From Candidatus Marinacidobacterales bacterium (GTDB lineage Bacteria > Acidobacteriota > Vicinamibacteria > Marinacidobacterales > SMYC01): a DNA stretch of 64,000 bases. Under the pieces are notes generated by a model. That model was given only the letters and a program-made list of their open reading frames with translations. It did not search any database and had not been told where the DNA came from. How positions within the stretch are numbered: the first letter of the stretch is position 1; each line of letters opens with the position of its first letter. Position numbers and translations under genes: made by a program. Positions 10,473 to 19,653 of the stretch are shown piece after piece. The stretch is taken from the NCBI GenBank assembly GCA_965237955.1, contig OZ250169.1, positions 6,752,001-6,816,000 of the forward strand, read 5' to 3'.

Positions 10473-11857
10473 GCAAAATCAATGCCCACATCCTCGTGTG
10501 CGACGACGAGCCTTCGGCCCGCCGGGGTGCGATCCGCGCTCTCGGCAAAGACTACGCCTGCGTCGAGTGCGCGAACGGCGTCGAGTGCCTCGATGCGCTG
10601 AGCCACGAGACGTTCGATATCGTGCTCCTCGACATGCGCATGCCGGTCATGGACGGCCAGACGGCGCTCGAGGAGATCAGGTCGCGCCCCTCGCCGCCTC
10701 CCGTCGTCGTTATTACTGCGGATTTTGGCCTCGCGACCGCGATTGCTGCGGTGAAGGCGGGCGCCGAGAACTTCATCGCCAAGCCGTACGAGATTGACGC
10801 GCTTCGCCACGTCGTTCAGAAGACGCTCGAGCAGAACCGTTTGAAGCGCGAGAACCGCCACCTCGAGGAAGAAGTTCGACGCCTTCGGGGACCGGGCCCG
10901 TTGATCGGCGCATCGAACGCGATCCGTCGCGTCCTCGACACGATCGACCGCGTGGCTCCGGCGACGGCGACAGTGCTCATCCTCGGCGAAAGCGGCACCG
11001 GGAAAGAGCTAGTCGCGCGCCGGATCCACGAACTCTCGAGTGCTGCCGGCGGTCCGTTCGTGACCGTGAACTGCTCCGCGATCCCGGATACGCTCGTCGA
11101 AAGCGAGCTCTTCGGGCACAAGAAAGGCGCGTTCACGGGAGCGGACCGAGATCGCGCCGGCAAGTTTCAAGAAGCGCACCGCGGCACGCTTTTTCTCGAC
11201 GAGATCGGCGACATGGCGCTCGACGCCCAAGCGAAGCTCCTTCGAGTCCTTCAGGAAGGTGAAGTCGAACCCTTGGGCGGCGGCAAGACGGTAAGAGTGG
11301 ACGTGCGCGTAGTCGCGGCAACCCATCGCGACCTGAAACAACGCGTCGAAGAAGGGACGTTCCGCGAAGACTTGCTCTTCCGACTGAAGGTCGTCGACGT
11401 GCCGATGCCGCCGCTTCGTGAGCGTGCCGGCGACATTGCGATCCTCGCACGGCATTTCCTCGCGAGTTTCGGGAACGGGAAGCTCGAGCTCTCCCCCGAG
11501 GCGGAAGCGTTGCTCACCGCCTACGGATGGCCGGGAAACGTGAGAGAGCTTCGAAACGCGAGCGAGCGAGCATCGATCTTTTGTCGTGACAATGTCGTCC
11601 GTCCGGAAGATCTACCGCAAGAAGTCGGAGGCGTCTCGGCACCGGCAGCATCGGCGCTCACATGGGATCCCACCGACAACTTCCAAACGGCGAAGCAGAA
11701 AATCGTCGAGCGCTTCGAGCGCGACATCCTCACCACCGCTCTCGAAAAGCATGGTGGTAACATCTCGAAGGCGGCACGCGCACTCGGGCTGCACCGTCAG
11801 AACTTGCAGCAGAAATTGCGCCAGCTCGAAATCTCAGCCGAGACGTTTCGTACCTAA
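10469..11857 (+). CDS. Sigma54-dependent response regulator (REC-AAA+-Fis HTH)
   Basis: LLDMRMP receiver, GESGTGKE, ESELFGHKKGAFTGA, WPGNVREL, GNISKAARALG. Confidence 0.96.
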   Translation: MSKINAHILVCDDEPSARRGAIRALGKDYACVECANGVECLDALSHETFDIVLLDMRMPVMDGQTALEEIRSRPSPPPVVVITADFGLATAIAAVKAGAENFIAKPYEIDALRHVVQKTLEQNRLKRENRHLEEEVRRLRGPGPLIGASNAIRRVLDTIDRVAPATATVLILGESGTGKELVARRIHELSSAAGGPFVTVNCSAIPDTLVESELFGHKKGAFTGADRDRAGKFQEAHRGTLFLDEIGDMALDAQAKLLRVLQEGEVEPLGGGKTVRVDVRVVAATHRDLKQRVEEGTFREDLLFRLKVVDVPMPPLRERAGDIAILARHFLASFGNGKLELSPEAEALLTAYGWPGNVRELRNASERASIFCRDNVVRPEDLPQEVGGVSAPAASALTWDPTDNFQTAKQKIVERFERDILTTALEKHGGNISKAARALGLHRQNLQQKLRQLEISAETFRT

Positions 11858-11961
11858 GACAGACCCGATAAGAGCGACGACGGACTCAAGCGCGAGCTCA
11901 CGTCGTTCCAGCAGGCCATGATCACCATCGGCGGCATTGTTGGTGTCGGAGAGGACAACGG

Positions 11962-13134
11962 ATGGCTACCTCGCATCCTCGACCTGAAGCTTCCGGATGG
12001 TTTGCCCTCGGCGCCGTTGCCGTCGTCGCCGTTCTCTAAGGTATCGGTGCGGTTTACTTTTTCGTGCAGGAGAGATGGGCGCGCTCCCCGTCTCGAGCCG
12101 AGACACGATCGCTCACCGAGCTACATCACCCTGAGGCGGTTCTCGGAATCCTTCGCGAGCACAGCGACGGCGTCTACCCGAACGAGCTCCGCCCCGCCTT
12201 GGCCCGCGCTTTGGAATCGGCTCCTTCCTTCTATCAAGGCCCGCTCTTTTACGCCGACTTCCTCGCGCAACGTCGGGAAGAGCCCCGACGGGTCCGCGCG
12301 CTGTTCGAGATCGCGGTGCGTCGCTTCCCAACGAACGGACGGATCCACCTCGCCTACGCGGAGTGGCTTCTCGACGCGCGAGGCGACCTGGCGGCGATCA
12401 CCGTTTTCGACGGAACCGATCCTCTACCCCTCGCGGAGTCGCACGTGCGGAAAGCACTCGCGCTCGAGCCCGAGTTGTCAATGCGCGCCCTGGCCGCGCT
12501 CTCCTTGCATCGCATACCGCCGGAGCGTTGGAAGAGCGTGATGCCTCGGCACGCGAGTGCCGATCGCGCTCTCGTTCTCGCGCTCCGACAAGCCGGTCAT
12601 CGCGAGCAAGCGCTGGAAGCGCTGCGAGCACTCGTCGCATCGACGACCCAGGCAGAGCTGCTAATCGCGGCGGCAGGCTGGGCTCTCGACTGGGAAGCTC
12701 CCGGGCTCGCTCTCAAGGCTGGCCGTCGCGTCTCGAGAGACGCAACCAGCGCATCCCTCGTGCGGGTGACGTTGCTGGTCGCACGTGCTCACTGGGCACT
12801 AGACGCGCCCGACGCCGCCTACGATGCGTTCAAGGACACGCTCCGGGCGATTGAAAGCCGAGCCGGTGTCCAAGACACCGCACTGCTCGAACTCCTGTGC
12901 GCGGCCGGCGACCAGTACCTGCGACGCGGAGAGCTGCTCGTCGCTGAGAGCTTCTACACAGAGGCCGTCTTGCGACACGACGGATTCGTTCCCGCTGCAC
13001 TCGGGCTGGGACGAATCTATCGCCGACAAAACGATCGGAAGGCCGCGATCGAGCAGTACGAAAAGGTGCTTCGACTCGACATCGACAACGATTCTGCGAG
13101 GCGCGAGCTTGAAGAGCTCCAGCACACACGATGA
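11962..13134 (+). pseudogene. TPR-repeat protein with N-terminal TM, premature TAA at 12037-12039
   Basis: ATG 11962 after GAGAGGA reads MATSHPRPEASGWFALGAVAVVAVL*GIGAVYFFVQ in frame with ORF 12064-13134; C-terminal TPRs (LGLGRIYRRQNDRKAAIEQYEKVL). Confidence 0.7.
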
Positions 13135-14729
13135 TCGCAATCGTTCTCGTTATTCTCATTCTCGTGGTCGTCGTCATGGGCAGGGGAGGCTACGAGCCTT
13201 GGGCCGCGTTAGCTCTGGAGCTCGGGGCGGCCGGGTGCGCGATTGCGGTCGTTTTTGTGTCGAGCTTTCTCGGCAACGAACGGAACAACCTGCTCGAGCA
13301 GCATCTCGCCTGGAAGGAACTGCCGTGGACCTTTCGGCATCCCTTCTGGTCGCGTCTCACCGGCACCGGGCGTCGTGCGCGCAGGAGCGACGTCGAAATC
13401 CTGACGCCAGTGGCGATAGTGCCGACGAGGCACACGCTGTTGTTCGGGATGCCGTTTCGACGAACAGGGCTCAGCGCGCCTTTGTGCTTGCTGACGCTTT
13501 GGATCGGTCTCTCCGTCATTCCATTCGAGCGCGGTGTCCTCGAGGTCCTGTCACCCGAAGCCCATGCGCTGCGCTCCGAGGTTGAGGCATTCACCGCCGA
13601 CGCAGCTCCGCGGGCGCCAATGAGTCTCGTTCCGTTTCTGACGCTGCGAGCTCTCTGGTTATGGCTGGCATATCTGGTGTTCTTCTATGCGGGCTTTTCG
13701 ATTTCGAAGCGCAGGGATGGTATCCGCCGGCTCACGAGCGGTCTCATTATGTTCGGAGCGTTTCTTGCGGCGATGGGTCTCGTGTCGTCTCTAGTCGGCT
13801 GGCGTCATCTCCTCGGAGATACGACGGCTGAGATACAGCTCCGTGCGGCCGCGGGTTTTGGCAATCCGAATCACTACGCAGCGTTACTTTGTATGATCTT
13901 TTTCTGTGGGCTCGGAGCTCTCATCGCTTCCCGGCGAGACTTCGAGCCAGGAAGATCGCGGTCTCGTTCTTCAAGCCTGCGCATTCGACACCAGGAGGAT
14001 CTAGCGAAGACGATCATCATCGGCGTGGCGCTCGTTCTCGTCGCCCTCGGCATTTTGTTCTCTCTCTCCCGCTCTGCCATCGCTTTCACTATGTTGACGA
14101 CGGCTCTCTTTGTTGTATTCACGCGGCGTGGCAACGGTAGCCCCGCGAAAGCCGTTGTCGGAATCGTCTTACTCGCAACCCTGGCTCTCGCGGTCTGGAT
14201 CGGAATCGGTCCGGTGTTCGAACGTTTTGAAAAACTATCCGGGAGACTGGAAATCGACATGAGCCGTCGCCAAGTCGTCGTCGACACCTTGCCGGCGGCG
14301 GTTGATTTCTGGATCACCGGGTCCGGTCTGGGCTCCTATCGCTATATTACCGCGCAGTACCGCAGCTTTCCTGGCCGCATATTCTACTCGTGGGCCCACA
14401 ACGATTACCTTCAGCTGCTCGTGGAGCTCGGCGTGTTCGGGCTCGTTCTCCTGCTCTGGACGATGGCTCGGATCGTGGCGCTCGGGCGGCGCACCCGCGA
14501 AAGGCTCGCGTCACACTCTGCCCTGGCGCACCTCCACGCGGGCTATATCTGCGCGGCGATTGCCATCGCCCTCCACAGCTTCACGGATTTCAGCCTGCAC
14601 CTCCCCGCCAATTTCATGTTGCTTTCGATCGTCGTGGGCGTCGTCGTAGGGATGGAGCCTGCCGCGCCTACTGGTCGAGCGGACTCGCCTCAACATCGCT
14701 GGTCGCAGCCACAACGAGTTCACGAGTAG
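13131..14729 (+). CDS. O-antigen ligase/Wzy_C family membrane protein
   Basis: FGNPNHYAA, SLSRSA, ITGSGLGSY, WAHNDYLQLLVELG, LHSFTDFSLH. Confidence 0.9.
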   Translation: MIAIVLVILILVVVVMGRGGYEPWAALALELGAAGCAIAVVFVSSFLGNERNNLLEQHLAWKELPWTFRHPFWSRLTGTGRRARRSDVEILTPVAIVPTRHTLLFGMPFRRTGLSAPLCLLTLWIGLSVIPFERGVLEVLSPEAHALRSEVEAFTADAAPRAPMSLVPFLTLRALWLWLAYLVFFYAGFSISKRRDGIRRLTSGLIMFGAFLAAMGLVSSLVGWRHLLGDTTAEIQLRAAAGFGNPNHYAALLCMIFFCGLGALIASRRDFEPGRSRSRSSSLRIRHQEDLAKTIIIGVALVLVALGILFSLSRSAIAFTMLTTALFVVFTRRGNGSPAKAVVGIVLLATLALAVWIGIGPVFERFEKLSGRLEIDMSRRQVVVDTLPAAVDFWITGSGLGSYRYITAQYRSFPGRIFYSWAHNDYLQLLVELGVFGLVLLLWTMARIVALGRRTRERLASHSALAHLHAGYICAAIAIALHSFTDFSLHLPANFMLLSIVVGVVVGMEPAAPTGRADSPQHRWSQPQRVHE

Positions 14730-15617
14730 CGGCCGCGGCGCCACCCAACACGAGGAGGACTCCCGGCGTAGCTAGTCCGCCCCCAACAGCTCCGCCCGCC
14801 GCCGCCGCCGACGTCACGATACCGGCGGAGCTGACGAACGCGCTAATGCCGACTGCCTGAAAACCCGCCGGGACCGCGGGGGCGCCTGGCGATACTGCGT
14901 TCACGACAATTCCTGGATTCGAGCCGGTGAACCATGCGATGGGCGCACGTCGTTGGCACTCGCCGGCGGTCTCGACGACAGCAACGAACTCTTCGGTGCG
15001 CACCGAGTCGAATGCACGGTCGATGGCTTCGACGTAGTAGTGGATGCTCGTCGTATCCGCAGAGGCTTTCGGAAGCACGCCATAGAATTTGCCATCCTCG
15101 TGAGAGATGGACATGTCCACGAAGTAGAGATCGGGATGCTGGGCCGCGCGGAAGAACAAACGCGCGAGCTGGACGTTGGCCCACGGCTCGATCTCGGCGT
15201 TCAACATCGGAAACTCGTCACCCGGCATGCATTCGAGTGGCTCGTGTTCGATGGTCGGGAGAGCGGTAGACGACTGGATCCGATCGGAGGAAAACGGCTC
15301 CGGGACGAGAAAGCGTTGTGCGCCTAACGTAACGACCCGCGCCTCGGGAACGAACGGCGTCCGACAGTCACGCTCAGCTCGATACGCCCGCTTCGCACCC
15401 GCGTCGACCTCGAAACAGCTCTCGAGAACGAACGGCATGCCAACACGCACATCGAAGACCTCATCGACGTCATACGTGGCGCCGTCATCCGAGATGCGAA
15501 ACGCGTACATGCCAGCCGGGAGTCGCGATACGAAAAACGTTCCGGCCGAATCCGTCGTAGCCTCGAAACGCTCGCCCGTCGTGAGCGAGCGAGCCTCGAC
15601 CGTCATCTCCCCGAGGG
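14661..15617. repeat. Copy 1 of 957-bp direct repeat (5'-truncated duplicate of gene 17095-18183)
   Basis: Near-identical to 17088-18044 (offset 2427), about 4 substitutions seen by eye. Confidence 0.95.
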
Positions 15618-15827
15618 ACCATCGACTTGAATCAACGCAGTCGACTTGTAGAGCGGCGTTTGTACGAAGGCCAGGATCGCCGCGTCGAGCCAAGTCGCGA
15701 GCGCGACGGCGAACACGATCCACCGCCTTTTGAGAACCGTGTAGTAGTAGGAGTGGATGGTGACTTGGGGCTCGGCGTTGCAAGCGAGCTCTTCCCGGGA
15801 GGCATGCTGAGCGGATTGAACGGTCAT
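15603..15827 (-). pseudogene. N-terminal fragment of Wzc/GumC polysaccharide co-polymerase
   Basis: YYYTVLKRRWIVFAVAL...FVQTPLYKSTALIQVD Wzz-type N-terminus, then breaks into repeat copy 1. Confidence 0.75.
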
Positions 15828-15870
15828 CTATCCTCTCTCCGATCGGAAGCCGAACTAAGAAAAGTGGCCA

Positions 15871-15892
15871 TGGCTCCTCAGCAGGGATTCGA
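15871..15892 (-). other. Isolated tRNA 3'-end fragment (att-site-like)
   Basis: Minus strand TCGAATCCCTGCTGAGGAGCCA = T-loop 3' half, acceptor strand and CCA, with no 5' half. Confidence 0.55.
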
Positions 15893-16105
15893 GTCACGGA
15901 GGCGGCTGAGCAGGTTCCTCTCCCCCACGCGGGTCAATGATTCCAGCTTGGAGAAGGCCAGAAACCCGAAGGTGCCCTTGATTACTAATCTTCTTATTAA
16001 TCGCTCTAATCTTTGAGAACTTTAGTTTTCGGCAGTTCTTTTTTTCTACTTTCTTATAGGGTGGCAAATGGAGTTGTACTCACGGATCACACGGAGTACA
16101 CGGAC

Positions 16106-17085
16106 GGCGTGCATGAATCAGTTCGGGACACGCACGGAACCCTTTGGCGGCCCAACTCTCTCCCCGGCGATCGCTTGGGATTCAGGCTTACCCAGCTCAG
16201 CCATCCGGTTCAATACATTGCACCCGATCCTTGCCTCCCGCTTCTGCGATTCGTGGCCGCGCGCGAGAAGGCTGTTTCCGAGCGTGCGCTTGTACCTGAA
16301 GAAAAGATTCTCGACGGCGCCCTGTCGTCGATACCCTGACTCCCGCTGCCAGCCTTGGCGCCCGACTTTGCGAATCGTCTCCAGGGTCGCGTTCCGCTGC
16401 GCCCACGTGCCCTCGGCGCCGTCCGAAGGCACCGCCCCTCGTCGAGGTGGGATCACGATCTTGATGTCCGCGGTGCCGACCCCACCGAGCAGCTCGTACA
16501 CCGACCGAGTATCGTAGGCCCCATCGGCTGTGAAACGTCGGATCGGAGAGTCGACCTGTTCGAGCAGACAGGGGGACAGTGGACGGATCGTCCTCGCTGC
16601 TCTTCGTGCGCGTCGCCGCCACGATGAAGCCGTCGTCATCCACGCCGACATGCAGCTTCCGCCATTGTCGACGCGCCTTCGAGCTCTTGTGCCTGTGGAC
16701 GTGCCGCTCACCGGCACCCGAGAGTTTGAGTCCTTTCGAGTCGACGATCAGATGGAACGCGCCATCATGCGCTCTGGTGGGGAAGGCACGTCAACGCCGT
16801 CACGATTGCCAGATTCGAGTAGCGCGGCTGGCCACCGCGGCGGCGGTTCTTCGGTGGTGTCCACGCTGCGCGCGCCTCGTCTGAGAACCAAACGGTGATG
16901 TCGCCACGGCTCCTGAGGCCACGCTCGTACTCCCGCCAGTTGGTCACGCGATACTTCGTCTTGTATTCGCGGTTCACTCTGGTGGACTTGCGCGCAGCCA
17001 TGGGTTCATCTCCTCGATATTCGATGTATCGAGAAGCTCAGTCGAAGCGGTTGCCGGAGTCAAGAGCTATTCGTGCACCAAAGCC
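16106..17085 (-). mobile_element. IS5 family (IS903-like) element, one end eroded
   Basis: End GGCTTTGGTGCACGAAT (minus, 17069-17085) versus eroded GGCGTGCATGAAT at about 16106. Confidence 0.8.
16118..17001 (-). pseudogene. IS5 family transposase, frameshifted/internally deleted
   Basis: YRVTNWREYERGLRSRGDITVW, ADGAYD, WQRESGYRRQGAVENLFFRYK spread across different frames. Confidence 0.88.
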
Positions 17086-17087
17086 CC

Positions 17088-18044
17088 GCCGCGCCTACTG
17101 GTCGGGCGGACTCGCCTCAACATCGCTGGTCGCAGCCACAACGAGTTCACGAGTAGCGGCCGCGGCGCCACCCAACACGAGGAGGACTCCCGGCGTAGCT
17201 AGTCCGCCCCCAACAGCTCCGCCCGCCGCCGTCGCCGACGTCACGATACCGGCGGAGCTGACGAACGCGCTAATGCCGACTGCCTGAAAACCCGCCGGGA
17301 CCGCGGGGGCGCCTGGCGATACTGCGTTCACGACAATTCCTGGATTCGAGCCGGTGAACCATGCGATGGGCGCACGTCGTTGGCACTCGCCGGCGGTCTC
17401 GACGACAGCAACGAACTCTTCGGTGCGCACCGAGTCGAATGCACGGTCGATGGCTTCGACGTAGTAGTGGATGCTCGTCGTATCCGCAGAGGCTTTCGGA
17501 AGCACGCCATAGAATTTGCCATCCTCGTGAGAGATGGACATGTCCACGAAGTAGAGATCGGGATGCTGGGCCGCGCGGAAGAACAAACGCGCGAGCTGGA
17601 CGTTGGCCCACGGCTCGATCTCGGCGTTCAACATCGGAAACTCGTCACCCGGCATGCATTCGAGTGGCTCGTGTTCGATGGTCGGGAGAGCGGTAGACGA
17701 CTGGATCCGATCGGAGGAAAACGGCTCCGGGACGAGAAAGCGTTGTGCGCCTAACGTAACGACCCGCGCCTCGGGAACGAACGGCGTCCGACAGTCACGC
17801 TCAGCTCGATACGCCCGCTTCGCACCCGCGTCGACCTCGAAACAGCTCTCGAGAACGAACGGCATGCCAACACGCACATCGAAGACCTCATCGACGTCAT
17901 ACGTGGCGCCGTCATCCGAGATGCGAAATGCGTACATGCCAGCCGGGAGTCGCGATACGAAAAACGTTCCGGCCGAATCCGTCGTAGCCTCGAAACGCTC
18001 GCCCGTCGTGAGCAAGCGAGCCTCGACCGTCATCTCCCCGAGGG
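17088..18044. repeat. Copy 2 of 957-bp direct repeat
   Basis: Matches 14661-15617; begins right at the IS5 end. Confidence 0.95.
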
Positions 18045-18183
18045 GCGCGTGCGACGACCGGTCCACGATGCGTCCGCCGAGCATCCCCACGACGTCCACG
18101 GCCCCGCCCTCGGCGCCAGCGCGCCCCGCCAGCAGCGGAAGAATCGACAAGACGATCCAAGCGTTCGAAAAATATCTCTTCAT
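17095..18183 (-). CDS. Secreted protein with carboxypeptidase-regulatory-like domain and Gly/Ala-rich hydrophobic C-terminal tail
   Basis: Signal peptide MKRYFSNAWIVLSILPLLAGRAGA; ATTDSAGTFFVSRLPAGMY motif; RBS AAGGAGG. Confidence 0.75.
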   Translation of the reverse strand: MKRYFSNAWIVLSILPLLAGRAGAEGGAVDVVGMLGGRIVDRSSHAPLGEMTVEARLLTTGERFEATTDSAGTFFVSRLPAGMYAFRISDDGATYDVDEVFDVRVGMPFVLESCFEVDAGAKRAYRAERDCRTPFVPEARVVTLGAQRFLVPEPFSSDRIQSSTALPTIEHEPLECMPGDEFPMLNAEIEPWANVQLARLFFRAAQHPDLYFVDMSISHEDGKFYGVLPKASADTTSIHYYVEAIDRAFDSVRTEEFVAVVETAGECQRRAPIAWFTGSNPGIVVNAVSPGAPAVPAGFQAVGISAFVSSAGIVTSATAAGGAVGGGLATPGVLLVLGGAAAATRELVVAATSDVEASPPDQ

Positions 18184-18329
18184 GACAGCCCTCCTTGCGG
18201 GAGCGGCAGAACTCCGTTGACAAAACCCGAACCCGCTTCCAGAATGAAACAAGACCAGCGAACTTTCGAACATCACACAACACCGTTTACCTGAAGCGCC
18301 GAACCGCCTCGGCGCAAGAACCGCGGACC

Positions 18330-19532
18330 GTGCATCTCACACCCGACGAAAAGCCCATCTACTGGGCAAGCTTTCTGGTGCGCAGTAGTCTCGGACTCGC
18401 CGCGTGGTGGCTCTCCCAGTTCTTCGAACTCGGACTCATCGATGACGCGATGCTCTATGAGCGCGTCGGAGCGACAATCTCGTCCGAATGGTACGAGCAC
18501 GGGACGTCGCAGACGTTGGCGGCTCTTATGGCTGAAGGACGGAACGCGTGGATCATGTTCTTCGTCATGGGCGCGCTCTCGTACTTGTTGGGAGGAGTTC
18601 GTGCGCTGCCCCTGCTCGTTTTGCTGTTTAACCTCGGGACCGCGTGGGTGCCGGTGATCACCTACCGCATCGGTCGCGCGCTCGGAATCTCTAGGGAATC
18701 GGCAAGACGGGCCACTTATCTGGTGATATTTTCCCCAGTTTTCGCTTTCTGGGGAGGAGCGCTCTACAAAGAGGGTCTGGTTCAGCTCGCCTTGGCACTC
18801 GTCGTCTTTCACGTGCTGACCTTGCAGAGGTCGTTTCGGGTTCGCTCGCTCGTCGTATTGGTGATGTCGTTGTTCGCGTTGCTCGGCCTGAGGTTCTACA
18901 TGAGTGTTTTGATCGCCCCTGCGATCGGGCTCGCGCTGCTTTGGGGAGGCAACAAACGACGCGAGGACGGCCGGCCGCGAAGCGATATCGCCGTCCGCCT
19001 CTTGCGACAGTGCGCCACGGTGGTCGCCGTGGTCGTCATATTGACGATGACGGGTTTTCACCGACGAGTCGGCTCGCTGTTGCCGCAAGGCACATGGGAG
19101 ACCTTCGCGCAACTGCAATATTCCCGGGACGATCTCGCCAGTGCGTCCTCCGGTTATCTTTTGGGCGCGGACGTCTCGACGCCGGCGCGGGCCGCGCGAT
19201 TTCTGCCCCTCGGTATCGCCTACTTCCTCACCGTGCCGTTGCCATGGCAACTCGGGTCGTTGCGACAGAATCTCGTCATCCCCGAGATGATTTTTTGGTT
19301 GCTTCAATACCCTCTTTTCTTCGTGGGAATGAAGGCGGGCCTGCGCCGCAACTTCGAGGGAAGCGCGCTGTTGTTGACCATCACGCTCGGCATGCTGGTT
19401 TTCTACGGTCTGTTCGTTGGAAACGCAGGAACCGCCTACCGACTGCGAGCGCAAGTGTGGCTTTTGTGGACCGTGTTCCTGGGCTGGTACCGCGACGCGA
19501 AAGCGGTGCAGCCGGTGCCCGCTCACCACTGA
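18330..19532 (+). CDS. Multi-TM polysaccharide polymerase / GT-C-like membrane protein
   Basis: DDAMLYE, LYKEG, PLPWQ, NAGTAYRLRAQ; about 10 TM; start codon uncertain. Confidence 0.7.
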   Translation: MHLTPDEKPIYWASFLVRSSLGLAAWWLSQFFELGLIDDAMLYERVGATISSEWYEHGTSQTLAALMAEGRNAWIMFFVMGALSYLLGGVRALPLLVLLFNLGTAWVPVITYRIGRALGISRESARRATYLVIFSPVFAFWGGALYKEGLVQLALALVVFHVLTLQRSFRVRSLVVLVMSLFALLGLRFYMSVLIAPAIGLALLWGGNKRREDGRPRSDIAVRLLRQCATVVAVVVILTMTGFHRRVGSLLPQGTWETFAQLQYSRDDLASASSGYLLGADVSTPARAARFLPLGIAYFLTVPLPWQLGSLRQNLVIPEMIFWLLQYPLFFVGMKAGLRRNFEGSALLLTITLGMLVFYGLFVGNAGTAYRLRAQVWLLWTVFLGWYRDAKAVQPVPAHH

Positions 19533-19548
19533 TCGGCGGAAGAGGTCT

Positions 19549-19653
19549 TCACACAAGTGACTCAACCTCAGGGTACGCATAGTGGCTGTACTCATAGGTA
19601 TAGGACGAGTGGTAGTACGATTGCGCGCAATCCGTGAGGTCGACGTCGTTTAG
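19549..19653 (-). pseudogene. C-terminal tyrosine cluster of a Wzc/CpsD BY-kinase, cut by IS256
   Basis: LNDVDLTDCAQSYYHSSYTYEYSHYAY matches the LN...Y-cluster tail of BY-kinases. Confidence 0.65.

Noticed and set aside
14668-15897. 409-aa ORF as a real gene
   Set aside because: Chimera of the duplicated 3' region with an off-frame read through the wzc fragment; no signal peptide
18273-19595. Long antisense ORFs (also 9698-10861, 37847-39160 upstream part, 54982-56328)
   Set aside because: Shadows of well-supported genes on the opposite strand in GC-rich DNA
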